Source of the DNA: a virus
Taxonomy: Duplodnaviria; Caudoviricetes
DNA: 37,769 nt
Strand: one strand, 5' to 3'
IMG/VR virus record: IMGVR_UViG_3300005512_000112
Span: 1 to 37,769 of that record
Shown here: positions 26,322 to 35,565 of the stretch, piece after piece
Layout of the letters: the number at the start of each line of letters is the position of its first letter
Position numbering within the stretch: position 1 is the stretch's first letter
Program-made: the position numbers and the translations under genes
The notes under the pieces: generated by a model
Database searches by the model: none
Told to the model about the DNA's origin: nothing
The model's input: only the letters and a program-made list of their open reading frames with translations

Positions 26322-26798
26322 ATGACACGACCAACTATTCCCAGTGGATTTGATGTAAACCCGCAATACTTTGCCCTGGTGACGGACGGCAGCGGCGCGG
26401 TGTTGGGACAGGTGCGGAGCATTAACCCGCAACTGACAATGGAAACAACCCAGGCGGGACGGGTAGGATCATCGACCAAAAAAACCCTGAAGAAAACCAA
26501 AAGTGGCACACTGAGCCTGGAGATGTGGGCCGATGAAGATTTGGCAGAGATTGCAGTGGCGCTGAACCGGTCCGCAGCTCCATCCAGTGGCGACACAGTG
26601 CAGCTTGATTCTGACGCGGCAGCTACAGACATCTACATTAAGCGGTACGACGGAGAGTCGGCTTCCGCCAACTTGATTGATATTTTGTACTGCTACCAGT
26701 ACACCGCCACAGAAATGAGCTGGACGTTCGACGAGGACGGCGAGCAAGTGGTTAGCGTGAGTGGTACCATTGAGGATCTATACAGCGTGCGGGCGTAA
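26322..26798 (+). CDS. Major tail (tube) protein
   Basis: AAGGAG RBS; acidic beta-rich 158 aa; downstream hairpin GCAATCCCGGCC...GGCCGGGATTGC. Confidence 0.65.
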   Translation: MTRPTIPSGFDVNPQYFALVTDGSGAVLGQVRSINPQLTMETTQAGRVGSSTKKTLKKTKSGTLSLEMWADEDLAEIAVALNRSAAPSSGDTVQLDSDAAATDIYIKRYDGESASANLIDILYCYQYTATEMSWTFDEDGEQVVSVSGTIEDLYSVRA

Positions 26799-26856
26799 CT
26801 ACTAAACGCAATCCCGGCCTGAGTAAATCGTAGCGGGCCGGGATTGCAACGGAGCA

Positions 26857-27906
26857 ATGATGCGAGTTTTGGTAATTGCCGAGCAAAACGGCGTGAGTGA
26901 GTTTTACCGGGTAGGCACCCCGTATCGGCTGCTAGCCGAGGCGGGATTGATTGAGAGCGCCACCTTTGACGACGGCCTCAACCCGGCGCTGATTGACCAT
27001 CTGGGAGAATTTGAGGCGGTAGTGTTCAGCCGTCCAGATAGCCCGGAACACAGCCTGCTGCTACAGCACGCCAAACAGCGCGGCCTGCGGACGATTGTCG
27101 ATATCGACGACAATCTGTTACTGCTGCCGCCCAGCATTGGGGTGTACGGGGCCTGGCATCAACGCGGTACCGGGCGGATTACAGGGAGGCTGTGGCATTT
27201 CAAGCGCAACATCCAGTTTGCCGATGTGTTGACCGTCAGTACGGCAGTGCTGGGGGCGCAACTGGTGCAGTATCGGCCCGACAGCAGTTATTTGATACTG
27301 GAGAATCAGGTGATGCTGAGCGAGTGGGAGAATTTGCCGGAACCGGCGATCAAAAAGCCCGCCGGCGAGCGGTGGGTGGGTTGGTGGGGCATTTACAACC
27401 ATTGGGACGACTGGGCCACAGTAGCGCCGTTCGTGACAGCGGTCATCGGGCAGCGACCCGACACCAAACTGGTACTGCTGGGGATGCCGGAACTGGCACA
27501 CCTGTTCCGGGGACTGGAAAAATCAGGGCAACTGATTACTGCCCCGTTTGTGCCGCCGGAACGGCTGGGCGCGTATCGGGCCACAGTGGCCCAGTTTGAT
27601 GTAGCGCTGGCTCCCACTGCCGACCATCCATTCAACGAAGGCAAAAGCGATTTGAAAATGCTACAGTACGGCGTGTGTGGCCTGCCGGTGATTGCCAGCG
27701 AAATCACATACCACGCCTGGAGCGCCGAGGCCCAGGTGCTAATGTGGCACAGCAGTTGGGCCGACAGCCTGAACTATCTACTGGACAACCCGGAACATAG
27801 CGCCCGGTTGGGTCAGAAATTGCGGGCGCGGGTGACGCGCGAGCGCGCCTACGAATATAATTTTGCTAATTGGCTGAACGCCCTGGGCGTGTCGCCACTG
27901 GATTGA
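26857..27906 (+). CDS. GT-B glycosyltransferase (GT4-like)
   Basis: FYRVGTP, IVDIDDNL, ADVLTVST, FDVALAP...FNEGKSDLKMLQYGVCGLPVIAS. Confidence 0.9.
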   Translation: MMRVLVIAEQNGVSEFYRVGTPYRLLAEAGLIESATFDDGLNPALIDHLGEFEAVVFSRPDSPEHSLLLQHAKQRGLRTIVDIDDNLLLLPPSIGVYGAWHQRGTGRITGRLWHFKRNIQFADVLTVSTAVLGAQLVQYRPDSSYLILENQVMLSEWENLPEPAIKKPAGERWVGWWGIYNHWDDWATVAPFVTAVIGQRPDTKLVLLGMPELAHLFRGLEKSGQLITAPFVPPERLGAYRATVAQFDVALAPTADHPFNEGKSDLKMLQYGVCGLPVIASEITYHAWSAEAQVLMWHSSWADSLNYLLDNPEHSARLGQKLRARVTRERAYEYNFANWLNALGVSPLD

Positions 27907-27911
27907 GGCTG

Positions 27912-28337
27912 ATGGAAGAAAAAGAGAAATATACAACCAGTTTAATTCTTGAGAATGGGCGGTTCGCCGTCAGGGTGGCCGGGCAGGGGTATTTTATGCG
28001 CCAGCCCACGCCAGACGAAGCCGCCGACGGAGACAGCGCCTACCGGCTGATGATGAACCGGGTACTGGATGACCCGCGCCTGCGGGAGTTGGCCGCCAAC
28101 CCCGCCGAGCTAAAACGAGAGGCGCACATCCGGGCCGCAGCCGCCGAGGCCGTTTATATGATTCCGCTGTTGCTGGAGGACGAGCGCGGCAAACGATTGT
28201 TTGAGCCGTGGAACCAGCACGATCGGGATCGGTTTGAGGCCCTGGCCGCTGATGAGGTAGTTGATTTGACCCGCGTGTATTGGCAGGTGCGGGATTTGGC
28301 GGTGAGTGCAAAAAAAAAGTCTCCGAATGGTTTGTAA
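27912..28337 (+). CDS. Tail assembly chaperone (gpG-like)
   Basis: Before the tape measure gene; ends with AKKK over a slippery A-run. Confidence 0.75.
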   Translation: MEEKEKYTTSLILENGRFAVRVAGQGYFMRQPTPDEAADGDSAYRLMMNRVLDDPRLRELAANPAELKREAHIRAAAAEAVYMIPLLLEDERGKRLFEPWNQHDRDRFEALAADEVVDLTRVYWQVRDLAVSAKKKSPNGL

Positions 28338-28519
28338 CGCGGGTGGCTGTGTGCCGGGGGCTGAAACAGTGGCCGTTTGAGGCATCGCCGGCGCGGGCCA
28401 GCCTGGGGCAGTGGTTGATGTACGCCGAGGCGGTGGGCCGACTGGAAAACAAAGAACCGACCAAGCCAAAACGAATCTCGAAGGAGCAGCGATGGTGGAA
28501 GAAAAACCCAGACCGGTAA
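28310..28519 (+). other. Programmed -1 frameshift site and gpT-like extension
   Basis: A9G at 28310-28319 includes A AAA AAG in frame; the -1 frame is open to 28519. Confidence 0.8.
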
Positions 28520-28665
28520 TGATTGCCCTGAGTGACGGGCAAAGCATCAATTGGAAACCGGTCGTTAAAAAATCGTGGTGGCAGCGACAATGGGAAAAAA
28601 TTGAGCAGGTAGTCTGGTTTTTGGCCGGGCTGGTCGCCGGGCTGCTGCTGGGAGGATTGTATTAA
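28519..28665 (+). CDS. 48-aa membrane peptide
   Basis: TAATG-coupled start; C-terminal TM VVWFLAGLVAGLLLGGLY; abuts the TMP start. Confidence 0.55.
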   Translation: MIALSDGQSINWKPVVKKSWWQRQWEKIEQVVWFLAGLVAGLLLGGLY

Positions 28666-30930
28666 ATGGCAATTACAGATTTGGTCAGCAAAATTGTGGC
28701 GGAGGATCAATTTAGCCGTACGTTTCAGGATTACAATCGCAAACTGGGCGACGCCGAGGGCGGGATGGAGCGATTTGGTACGGCTCTGCGGGGCGCGGCC
28801 AGTCTGGGGACGGTGGTGGCCGGAAGCATTGGCGCGGCGGCAGTGGCTGTCAAGCAATTGACCGACCGGGCGCTGGAGGCCCAGGTCGCTGAAATGTCTC
28901 TGGCCAGCAGTGCGGCGGCGGCCAATCGTGAATTTGGCTCGGCGGTGGGCAGCGCCGAAAGCTGGCGGGAAACCGTGGCCGGACTGAATGATGAACTGCG
29001 AATTTACAGCGAGCAGGAACTAAACAACGCCACGGCCCGGTTGGTCGATATGACAAAACGACTGGGACTGACTGAGGATCAAATGCAGACGGTTCTGAGG
29101 CGCACGGCAGATTTGAGCGCAGGTAAGGTTGACCTAGAGGGCGGCATTGAACGGGTGACGGCAGCCCTGCGGGGTGAGGCCGAGAGCGCTGAATACCTGG
29201 GCTTAAGTCTGGGCGAAACCAATGTGCGGGCCTACGCCGAAGCCCAGGGCGCGTTGTGGAAAGAGCTGACCGACAGCGAAAAGGCGCAGTACCGCTACGC
29301 CCTGCTGCTTGACCAGACTAATCAACTTCAAGGCCGGGCTGCCCAGTTTGCCGAAACCGCAGCGGGCAAACAGGCCGAACTCAACGCCAAATGGGAAAAC
29401 ACCGCAGCCCTGTTGGGTGAGCAGCTTATTCCTCTGCGGGAGGGCTGGATTGAGGCGATGGGGGCGATGACCGAAGAGACCGAATCCGGTGCCAGTATCA
29501 TCACCAAAGCACTGGCGGGGATTGCCGCCGGGGCAGGGACACTGGTGGAGGTTTTTAAGGCCACAACTGAAGCTATCAAAATTGAATTGGGAGCGTTGGG
29601 GGAGGGGATGCAGGTGCTTGCCAGTGGTGGTGGGCCCATAGAGGCCCTAAAAACCGTCATCGGCTCGGTGGCTGACCAGCGCGGCCCGGAGCAGGTGGTA
29701 CTGAATTTTTGGGACGTGTACAAAACCGCCTACAACGACATCATCAAGGGCTGGGAGGAGCAGCGAGAGGCTATCAGTCAGGCCGGCGACACGCTGGAAA
29801 CTGTGACCGAAAAAGAGGCAGAACACGCCAAAGTGGGCGTGAGCGTCGCAGCAGAGGTGGCGCAGGCATACAGCAAGGCTTACAGTGACCGGCAGCGGGC
29901 GCATAGCCAATATACTGACCGCATCGAGGCGGCGGAACTGCAACACACTCAGAAAATAGCGCAACTCAATCAGGATTTGCAACGGACGGTGGCGCAGGCG
30001 GCAGCAGACGCAGCCCGGAGCCGGGCCGAAAGCGCGGCAGAACTGGCGCGGGACATTGGCGGGATTGAGGCCGATCTGGCGACGGACAATCGCCGGGCAC
30101 GGGCAGATTACAATGATGACCTGGCCGATCTGGCGCGGGAGCAGGCCGACGTGGAACGGGATTTGGCCCGCGACCTGGAAACACTGACCCGACAATCGAA
30201 CGAGAGCCGGTATAAAATTGAGCAAACCTACGCCGACAAACGGGCGCGGGTGAACAGTAATTTTGAGGATGAGTACGCCGACGCTGACCCGTTCCGCCGG
30301 CAGATTATGGAGTTCAACCGGCAGGAACAACTGGCCCAGCTTGACCAGCAGGAACAGGACGAACTGTCGGCGCTGGACAGCCGGATTGAACAAGAGCGGC
30401 AGATTTTGGACGAGGACGCCGCCTTGAAGCTGACCCGGCTGGCCGAAGAACGGGAAAGCCTGCGCAACCATTACGAAATGGAACGGGAGATGCGCCAGGC
30501 AGAGGCATCGAGAAAACGAGCCGAGTTACAGGCCGAACAGGCCGAAGAACTGGCCCGGATTGACCAGCAGGAGCAGGCAAAGATTCAACGGGCACAGCAG
30601 GCACTGGAACGGGAGCGGCAAAATTACCAGAACCGGCTGGCCCTGTTACAGCAGAGCTACCAGCAGGAATTGGCCGCCACCCAGACCCATTTACAGGCCG
30701 TTGAACAGGAACGGCGCGCCAGCTACCAACGGCAAATTGAGGAGGCTCGCCGGATGCGGGCGCAACTGGACAGCTACTGGCAAACCAATCGGCTGGGCGA
30801 TACGCTCAACCTGGGCGGCGGCTCGTCGACAAACAACAGCGTGACCGTCAACGTGGGCGGGTCCGGTAGTAGTTTACAGACCGGGTACAGTGTGGGGCGC
30901 AGCGTGGTCGATGCCCTGCGGGGATTTTAA
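28666..30930 (+). CDS. Tape measure protein
   Basis: Longest ORF; KIVAEDQFSRTF N-terminus, ALRGEAESAEYLG, long coiled coil; follows the chaperone. Confidence 0.9.
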   Translation: MAITDLVSKIVAEDQFSRTFQDYNRKLGDAEGGMERFGTALRGAASLGTVVAGSIGAAAVAVKQLTDRALEAQVAEMSLASSAAAANREFGSAVGSAESWRETVAGLNDELRIYSEQELNNATARLVDMTKRLGLTEDQMQTVLRRTADLSAGKVDLEGGIERVTAALRGEAESAEYLGLSLGETNVRAYAEAQGALWKELTDSEKAQYRYALLLDQTNQLQGRAAQFAETAAGKQAELNAKWENTAALLGEQLIPLREGWIEAMGAMTEETESGASIITKALAGIAAGAGTLVEVFKATTEAIKIELGALGEGMQVLASGGGPIEALKTVIGSVADQRGPEQVVLNFWDVYKTAYNDIIKGWEEQREAISQAGDTLETVTEKEAEHAKVGVSVAAEVAQAYSKAYSDRQRAHSQYTDRIEAAELQHTQKIAQLNQDLQRTVAQAAADAARSRAESAAELARDIGGIEADLATDNRRARADYNDDLADLAREQADVERDLARDLETLTRQSNESRYKIEQTYADKRARVNSNFEDEYADADPFRRQIMEFNRQEQLAQLDQQEQDELSALDSRIEQERQILDEDAALKLTRLAEERESLRNHYEMEREMRQAEASRKRAELQAEQAEELARIDQQEQAKIQRAQQALERERQNYQNRLALLQQSYQQELAATQTHLQAVEQERRASYQRQIEEARRMRAQLDSYWQTNRLGDTLNLGGGSSTNNSVTVNVGGSGSSLQTGYSVGRSVVDALRGF

Positions 30931-30939
30931 GGAGGCGTA

Positions 30940-31815
30940 ATGTACATCACCAGATTTGGCGAATATGATTTGCCGGCGCAACTGGAAATGGAAGAGAGCC
31001 ACGGCGCGGCCCGGCGTGGCAACACGGCCACGTTGGCCGGGCTGGGCGGCGGGTGGGACAACAACGGCCTGGGGCCGGACCCGCTGGCAGAGGACATCAT
31101 CACCAAAAGTTTTATTATTGAAGCGGACAGCGGCACTGATTTGCAAACGGCCGTTGATAATTTCGTGGGGGCGATGATGCTGAACCAGAGCGACTGGCAG
31201 TTGGGCCTGCGGCTGTTGCAGGTGACGCTGCCGGACGGCTCGAAGCGGAACACCTGGGCCAAATGCGAGGAGGTACGGGCGCGCTGGGAATATTTCAATG
31301 TCAACGAGGGCTGGGTGCCGGTACAGGTGGTGTGGCGGCGGGCCTGGCCGGTGTGGGAGAAAGACGGCGATCTGATGTACGCCGGTTATTTGCCGATGAC
31401 TTTGGCCGAGATTGCCGCAGCCGGGTACAGCGCCGGGTCAGTCAACGTGGTCGAACAAGCCGTCAGTGCCAGCCCGACCACATTTAGTGTGACCAACAGC
31501 GGCACAGCGCGGGTGACGGTGGGCCTGATTGAGTTCGACGGTGTTATCGTCAACCCGAAAGTGGAAAATCTGACCAACGACTACTGGTTCCAGTGGGCCG
31601 GATCGCTGGGGGCGGGGGACAGATTTGTACTGTACACGGACCGATTTGACAGCAAAGTGAACGGCGCTGCCGGCGGGTGGGACAACATCACCGTGGGTAC
31701 GGACGGCGGGCAGCTGCTGCCGATGGTGCTGGAACCGGGGGTCAACAGCCTGCGCGTGACCGGCACATCACCCAGCTGCACATTTCGATATTATTTTGCC
31801 AACAGCTACGCATAG
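30940..31815 (+). CDS. Distal tail (Dit-like) protein
   Basis: After TMP; TNSGTA...NPKVENLT...LEPGVNSLRV pattern. Confidence 0.75.
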   Translation: MYITRFGEYDLPAQLEMEESHGAARRGNTATLAGLGGGWDNNGLGPDPLAEDIITKSFIIEADSGTDLQTAVDNFVGAMMLNQSDWQLGLRLLQVTLPDGSKRNTWAKCEEVRARWEYFNVNEGWVPVQVVWRRAWPVWEKDGDLMYAGYLPMTLAEIAAAGYSAGSVNVVEQAVSASPTTFSVTNSGTARVTVGLIEFDGVIVNPKVENLTNDYWFQWAGSLGAGDRFVLYTDRFDSKVNGAAGGWDNITVGTDGGQLLPMVLEPGVNSLRVTGTSPSCTFRYYFANSYA

Positions 31816-31824
31816 GAGGCGATT

Positions 31825-33786
31825 TTGCAGGGAATTGGAGCGTTTCGGTTTGATTTATTGGACCCGACAACCGGCAACAAAATAGACAGCGTGCCGATCA
31901 CCAGTGTGACCCGCCTGACCAGGCGGCGGACACTGGATAAAATTGGGGCGTGGGAATTTGATATGAGTGTGTCCGACCCGGCGCTGGAAAACATTGTCGG
32001 CGCGGATATGGCGGTGTACTGGCTGCATCGGGGGCAGACGGTTGCCCTGGGGCAGTGCAGCTACCTGGATCATCAGGTCAGCCCGGAGGGGGTGACGGTG
32101 CAGGCCAGTGGCCGGCTGCGGGATTTGACCCGGCAGACGGTGCTGCAACGCAGTTTTGATGGCGCGACGGATGATGTCAACGATGTGTTGAGCGAGATTG
32201 TGCCGCTGCGCTCCGGCTGGAACCTGGGCAGTGTGGACACCATCAGCAAGGCCGCACCGATGGACTTTTGGTACGAGACTATTTTTGATAGCGTGGCCCT
32301 GCTGGCCGAAACATTTGGCTACCATTTCCGGGAGGGGAGCGCGGCTAAAACGCTGGATTTCGGGGCGTTTGGCGAGGACAGCGGCGTGCTGGCGGTGGGT
32401 GGCCTGGATGAGGCATCGCCGGGCGGCATTTATCGCAACCGGAACGCCTGCCTGATTTCCGATTTGCGGGTGGGGTACAAAAGCAGCGAGGTGGTCAATC
32501 GACTGATTCCGTTTGGCGGGGCGGTGGGGGTAGCAACCATCGACCTGAGCGAGACCACGGCCACCCAACCGGGCTACGACGTGGAGAGCGACACTCTGCC
32601 CAGCGGAGACGACTATTATTACATTGAAGATGCCGCCAGCCAGGCCAGCCACGGTCTGACGGAACGGCGATTTCTGCGGAAAGATTTGCGGCCTATTTCA
32701 AACTCGCCGGGCGCGCGGGAATATGCGGCCAATATTTTGTACGAGGCCACTTTAGCGAGCCTGCTCAACCTGAAAGAGCCGCAGACAATCTACGAGATGA
32801 GCGTGACCGGCCTGGAGCCGGGGCTGGTAGAGGTGGGCGACAAAATATCGGTGTTGTACCGGGGCTGGGTGCGAGACCGGGACGGGCTGCGGATGTGGCT
32901 GGACATCGACAGTGCCAGCCAGCGCGGGCAGGGGAAGCAGTTTTACGTGCTGGCAATTGATGAGGAGTTTGGCGACGGGGTGCGCACCCGGCTGACCATC
33001 AACGAAAATGCGGTAGCCGAGCAGACGGTGGAAGATTTGCTGGCGAACACCATCAAGGCGTTCGAGAATGCGCAAGTCCACGTGCAGCCCACTATCAGCC
33101 GCTACACGGTGGGGCCGTACACCAAACGGGTGGCGGCCAGTCCGGCGGTGGGGGCCACGTTCAGTTTTGAGCTCGGGCCGGAAACGCTGGATGTGTGGTA
33201 CGTCAAAATCCGGCTGGCGGGCGAGCCGCTCAAGAGCAGTATCTCGGCAGTGGCAGGGAATAGCCAGTCGAGCGGCCCCAGCAACAGCACATCCGCCGGG
33301 GCCAGTACGTCAGAATCAAGTGGCAGCGGTTCGTCACACAAACACACGTTGGTGATTCACAAAACGCTTAATACCGGCTATCCGCCAATTGTTTACAATG
33401 ATTCTGCTAACGAGATAGCAATCGTGGGCAGCGGTGGCAATATATATGATGACACCCAGGATACCGAGAGCAGCCATACTCACAATATTGAGCACACGCA
33501 CACTATCGCCCACACGCATACTTTTACACCGGACATTAGCACCACCTACGGGCTGTATCAAGATAGCGTGTCGCCCGGAACGGTCAGCGTCAAGGTCAAC
33601 GGGAGTACGGTTGCCAGCGGGGTGAGCCTGGCGAGCGATTACACACTGGACATCACCAGCAACATTTTGGCGGCGGCGACGCTGCAACAGGAACACACGG
33701 TCACGGTGGAGTGCACAAGTGGCCGCGGCGAAATACAATTTCAGGCGCACGTGCTGGCGGTCATCCAGGGGATACCGGTCAGCTAG
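31825..33786 (+). CDS. Tail hub/Tal-like protein with HxH-repeat spike region
   Basis: RTLDKIGAWEF, VVNRLIPFGG, VEVGDKISV; SHKHT and SHTHNIEHTHTIAHTHT. Confidence 0.75.
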   Translation: MQGIGAFRFDLLDPTTGNKIDSVPITSVTRLTRRRTLDKIGAWEFDMSVSDPALENIVGADMAVYWLHRGQTVALGQCSYLDHQVSPEGVTVQASGRLRDLTRQTVLQRSFDGATDDVNDVLSEIVPLRSGWNLGSVDTISKAAPMDFWYETIFDSVALLAETFGYHFREGSAAKTLDFGAFGEDSGVLAVGGLDEASPGGIYRNRNACLISDLRVGYKSSEVVNRLIPFGGAVGVATIDLSETTATQPGYDVESDTLPSGDDYYYIEDAASQASHGLTERRFLRKDLRPISNSPGAREYAANILYEATLASLLNLKEPQTIYEMSVTGLEPGLVEVGDKISVLYRGWVRDRDGLRMWLDIDSASQRGQGKQFYVLAIDEEFGDGVRTRLTINENAVAEQTVEDLLANTIKAFENAQVHVQPTISRYTVGPYTKRVAASPAVGATFSFELGPETLDVWYVKIRLAGEPLKSSISAVAGNSQSSGPSNSTSAGASTSESSGSGSSHKHTLVIHKTLNTGYPPIVYNDSANEIAIVGSGGNIYDDTQDTESSHTHNIEHTHTIAHTHTFTPDISTTYGLYQDSVSPGTVSVKVNGSTVASGVSLASDYTLDITSNILAAATLQQEHTVTVECTSGRGEIQFQAHVLAVIQGIPVS

Positions 33787-33800
33787 AAAGGAGGTGAGTT

Positions 33801-34412
33801 TTGGGGACACATTTTACCGATTGGGAAACCACCGACACGCTGTCGGCGGCGGAACTCAACAATCATTTTGACGAGTTGAACGCGGCGATTGACGCTATCC
33901 CGGCGGCGCAAATAGACAGCGAAACTGCCACTGACGGCTACGTGCTGACGGCTGACGGAGCTGGCGGGGCAGCTTGGGAGGTGGCGGCTGGTGGCTATGG
34001 ATTTCTGGCAAAAATGGACGCTGATCAGTCTGGTATTGCACATAATACCACTACGCAATTGGAATTTGACACACTCGTAACAGGCTATAATGATACAGGA
34101 TACAATACGAGTACATACACGTATACAATACCGGCAGACGGATACTACTTGTTTGAATTGATGACATATCCCGCGGTAAATACGGCAGACACATTGCACG
34201 AAGCACGTATACATGTGGACGGCGTATCGGTTGTTTTTGTTGCAGCAATACCATCGGCAGCAACGTCAATGTCCATTACTGCAATGGGTGTAATAAAATG
34301 CTCTACAAGCGAAGATATTACTGCTCATTATAGACACAAATCCGGCGTGGGAACAACAGAAACAATCGCAAATGGTACATCATATTTTAGAGGAACATTT
34401 TTAGGTGGATAA
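33801..34412 (+). CDS. Receptor-binding/tail fibre protein with C1q-like head
   Basis: AGGAGGTGA RBS and TTG start; LSAAELN N-terminus, DGYVLTADGAGGAAW linker, EFDT...YNTSTYTYTIPADGYYLF. Confidence 0.7.
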   Translation: MGTHFTDWETTDTLSAAELNNHFDELNAAIDAIPAAQIDSETATDGYVLTADGAGGAAWEVAAGGYGFLAKMDADQSGIAHNTTTQLEFDTLVTGYNDTGYNTSTYTYTIPADGYYLFELMTYPAVNTADTLHEARIHVDGVSVVFVAAIPSAATSMSITAMGVIKCSTSEDITAHYRHKSGVGTTETIANGTSYFRGTFLGG

Positions 34413-34981
34413 TGGCAACGTTAGCAGAAATAATTGAAATAAAATACGGATACTCTGATGGTTTTGAGGTTGCCGACATTGGCGCAGGCCCATACATTGA
34501 TGCTTGGAATCTACCACACCCGGAGCCGACCGTCGAGGAGTTGCAGGCGTGGGCGGCTGACAGTGTTGACCTAATTCTTGAGCCAATTCGTCAATCACTC
34601 CGTACTCAAGCCGAGGACACCTTTTACCAGATGGCCTCAGAAAAAACTGGCGAACCGATTAACGCCTTGATAATCCAAGAGTGGCAAGCCAAAGAGATAC
34701 TTGTCAAGCAATGGGTAGCGGCTAGTAGACCAGCCCCGGCGGATAACAACGAATACGCTTTGGCCTACTATGAAGCTGCCGGCGATCCGGACAAAACACC
34801 GTCAGAGTTAATGGAAACGTGGCTGACCAATGCTACAAACTGGCGAATGCTTAACACTGCCTACATTGCGTGGCGGCAATCGTTCCGGGCGCGTCTCAAA
34901 GTCGCCACCACCGAGGCCGAACTAGAGGCGTTGCGGGCCAGCATCGAGCCGGAATTGCGGGGATTGTTGGGGCTGTCATAA
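34412..34981 (+). CDS. XkdW-like tail fibre assembly protein
   Basis: FEVADIGAGPYIDAWNLPHPEPTVEEL; directly after the fibre gene. Confidence 0.65.
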   Translation: MATLAEIIEIKYGYSDGFEVADIGAGPYIDAWNLPHPEPTVEELQAWAADSVDLILEPIRQSLRTQAEDTFYQMASEKTGEPINALIIQEWQAKEILVKQWVAASRPAPADNNEYALAYYEAAGDPDKTPSELMETWLTNATNWRMLNTAYIAWRQSFRARLKVATTEAELEALRASIEPELRGLLGLS

Positions 34982-34992
34982 GGAGATTTTCA

Positions 34993-35526
34993 ATGAATGA
35001 ATTATACCAATTGCCTGATGAGTTTTTGCCGTGGATGGCTCGGCTCCATAAAGCCACCCCCACGGATAAAGGCGTGTTTCGACTGGTCAATATCCGGAAA
35101 ACTGCGCCAAAGAGTTTTGAAGAGCTACGCATTATCGCGCTGGTACTGGATGAAAACGGGCATCCACTGCCGAATGTGCCAGTAGTGTTTGGGTACTCGA
35201 CCGGCCCGCACTCCGTGCCGTATGTTCAATGGGCCGGGCCGTGGCCGCCGTACAAGGCGCTGGTGGTGCCAACCCAGGGCAGTGGTCAGATTGACCAGGT
35301 GCAGGGCAGTGCTGTCAAAGAAGGGCAGCCGGGAGGCGTGACGGTTTACGTCGGCGAGCCGGACATCGCCAGCGATTGGGTGTCGGGCTGCGGGATGCTG
35401 GAGGATCACACTGGCCTGCACCTGACGTTTCAGCGGCAGTTGACCGGGGTGAAGACGGTCGAGGCACGGTTGTCGACTGTTGAGGCACGGATGTCGGCAC
35501 TGGAGGGGGCGGTTATCGGTGTGTAG
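34993..35526 (+). CDS. Hypothetical beta-sandwich protein with coiled-coil tail, in the usual lysis-gene position
   Basis: AAGGAG RBS; VLDENGHPLPNVPVVF motif; VEARLSTVEARMSALE. Confidence 0.65.
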   Translation: MNELYQLPDEFLPWMARLHKATPTDKGVFRLVNIRKTAPKSFEELRIIALVLDENGHPLPNVPVVFGYSTGPHSVPYVQWAGPWPPYKALVVPTQGSGQIDQVQGSAVKEGQPGGVTVYVGEPDIASDWVSGCGMLEDHTGLHLTFQRQLTGVKTVEARLSTVEARMSALEGAVIGV

Positions 35527-35565
35527 AATGTGTGGTTGTCTCTACTCTATCCCACAGTCTACACA
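35520..35565. other. Candidate attP site for the serine integrase
   Basis: 46-bp imperfect inverted repeat TGTGTAGAaTGTG...CACAgTCTACACA centred on CT (35542-35543), immediately 3' of the integrase. Confidence 0.65.
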
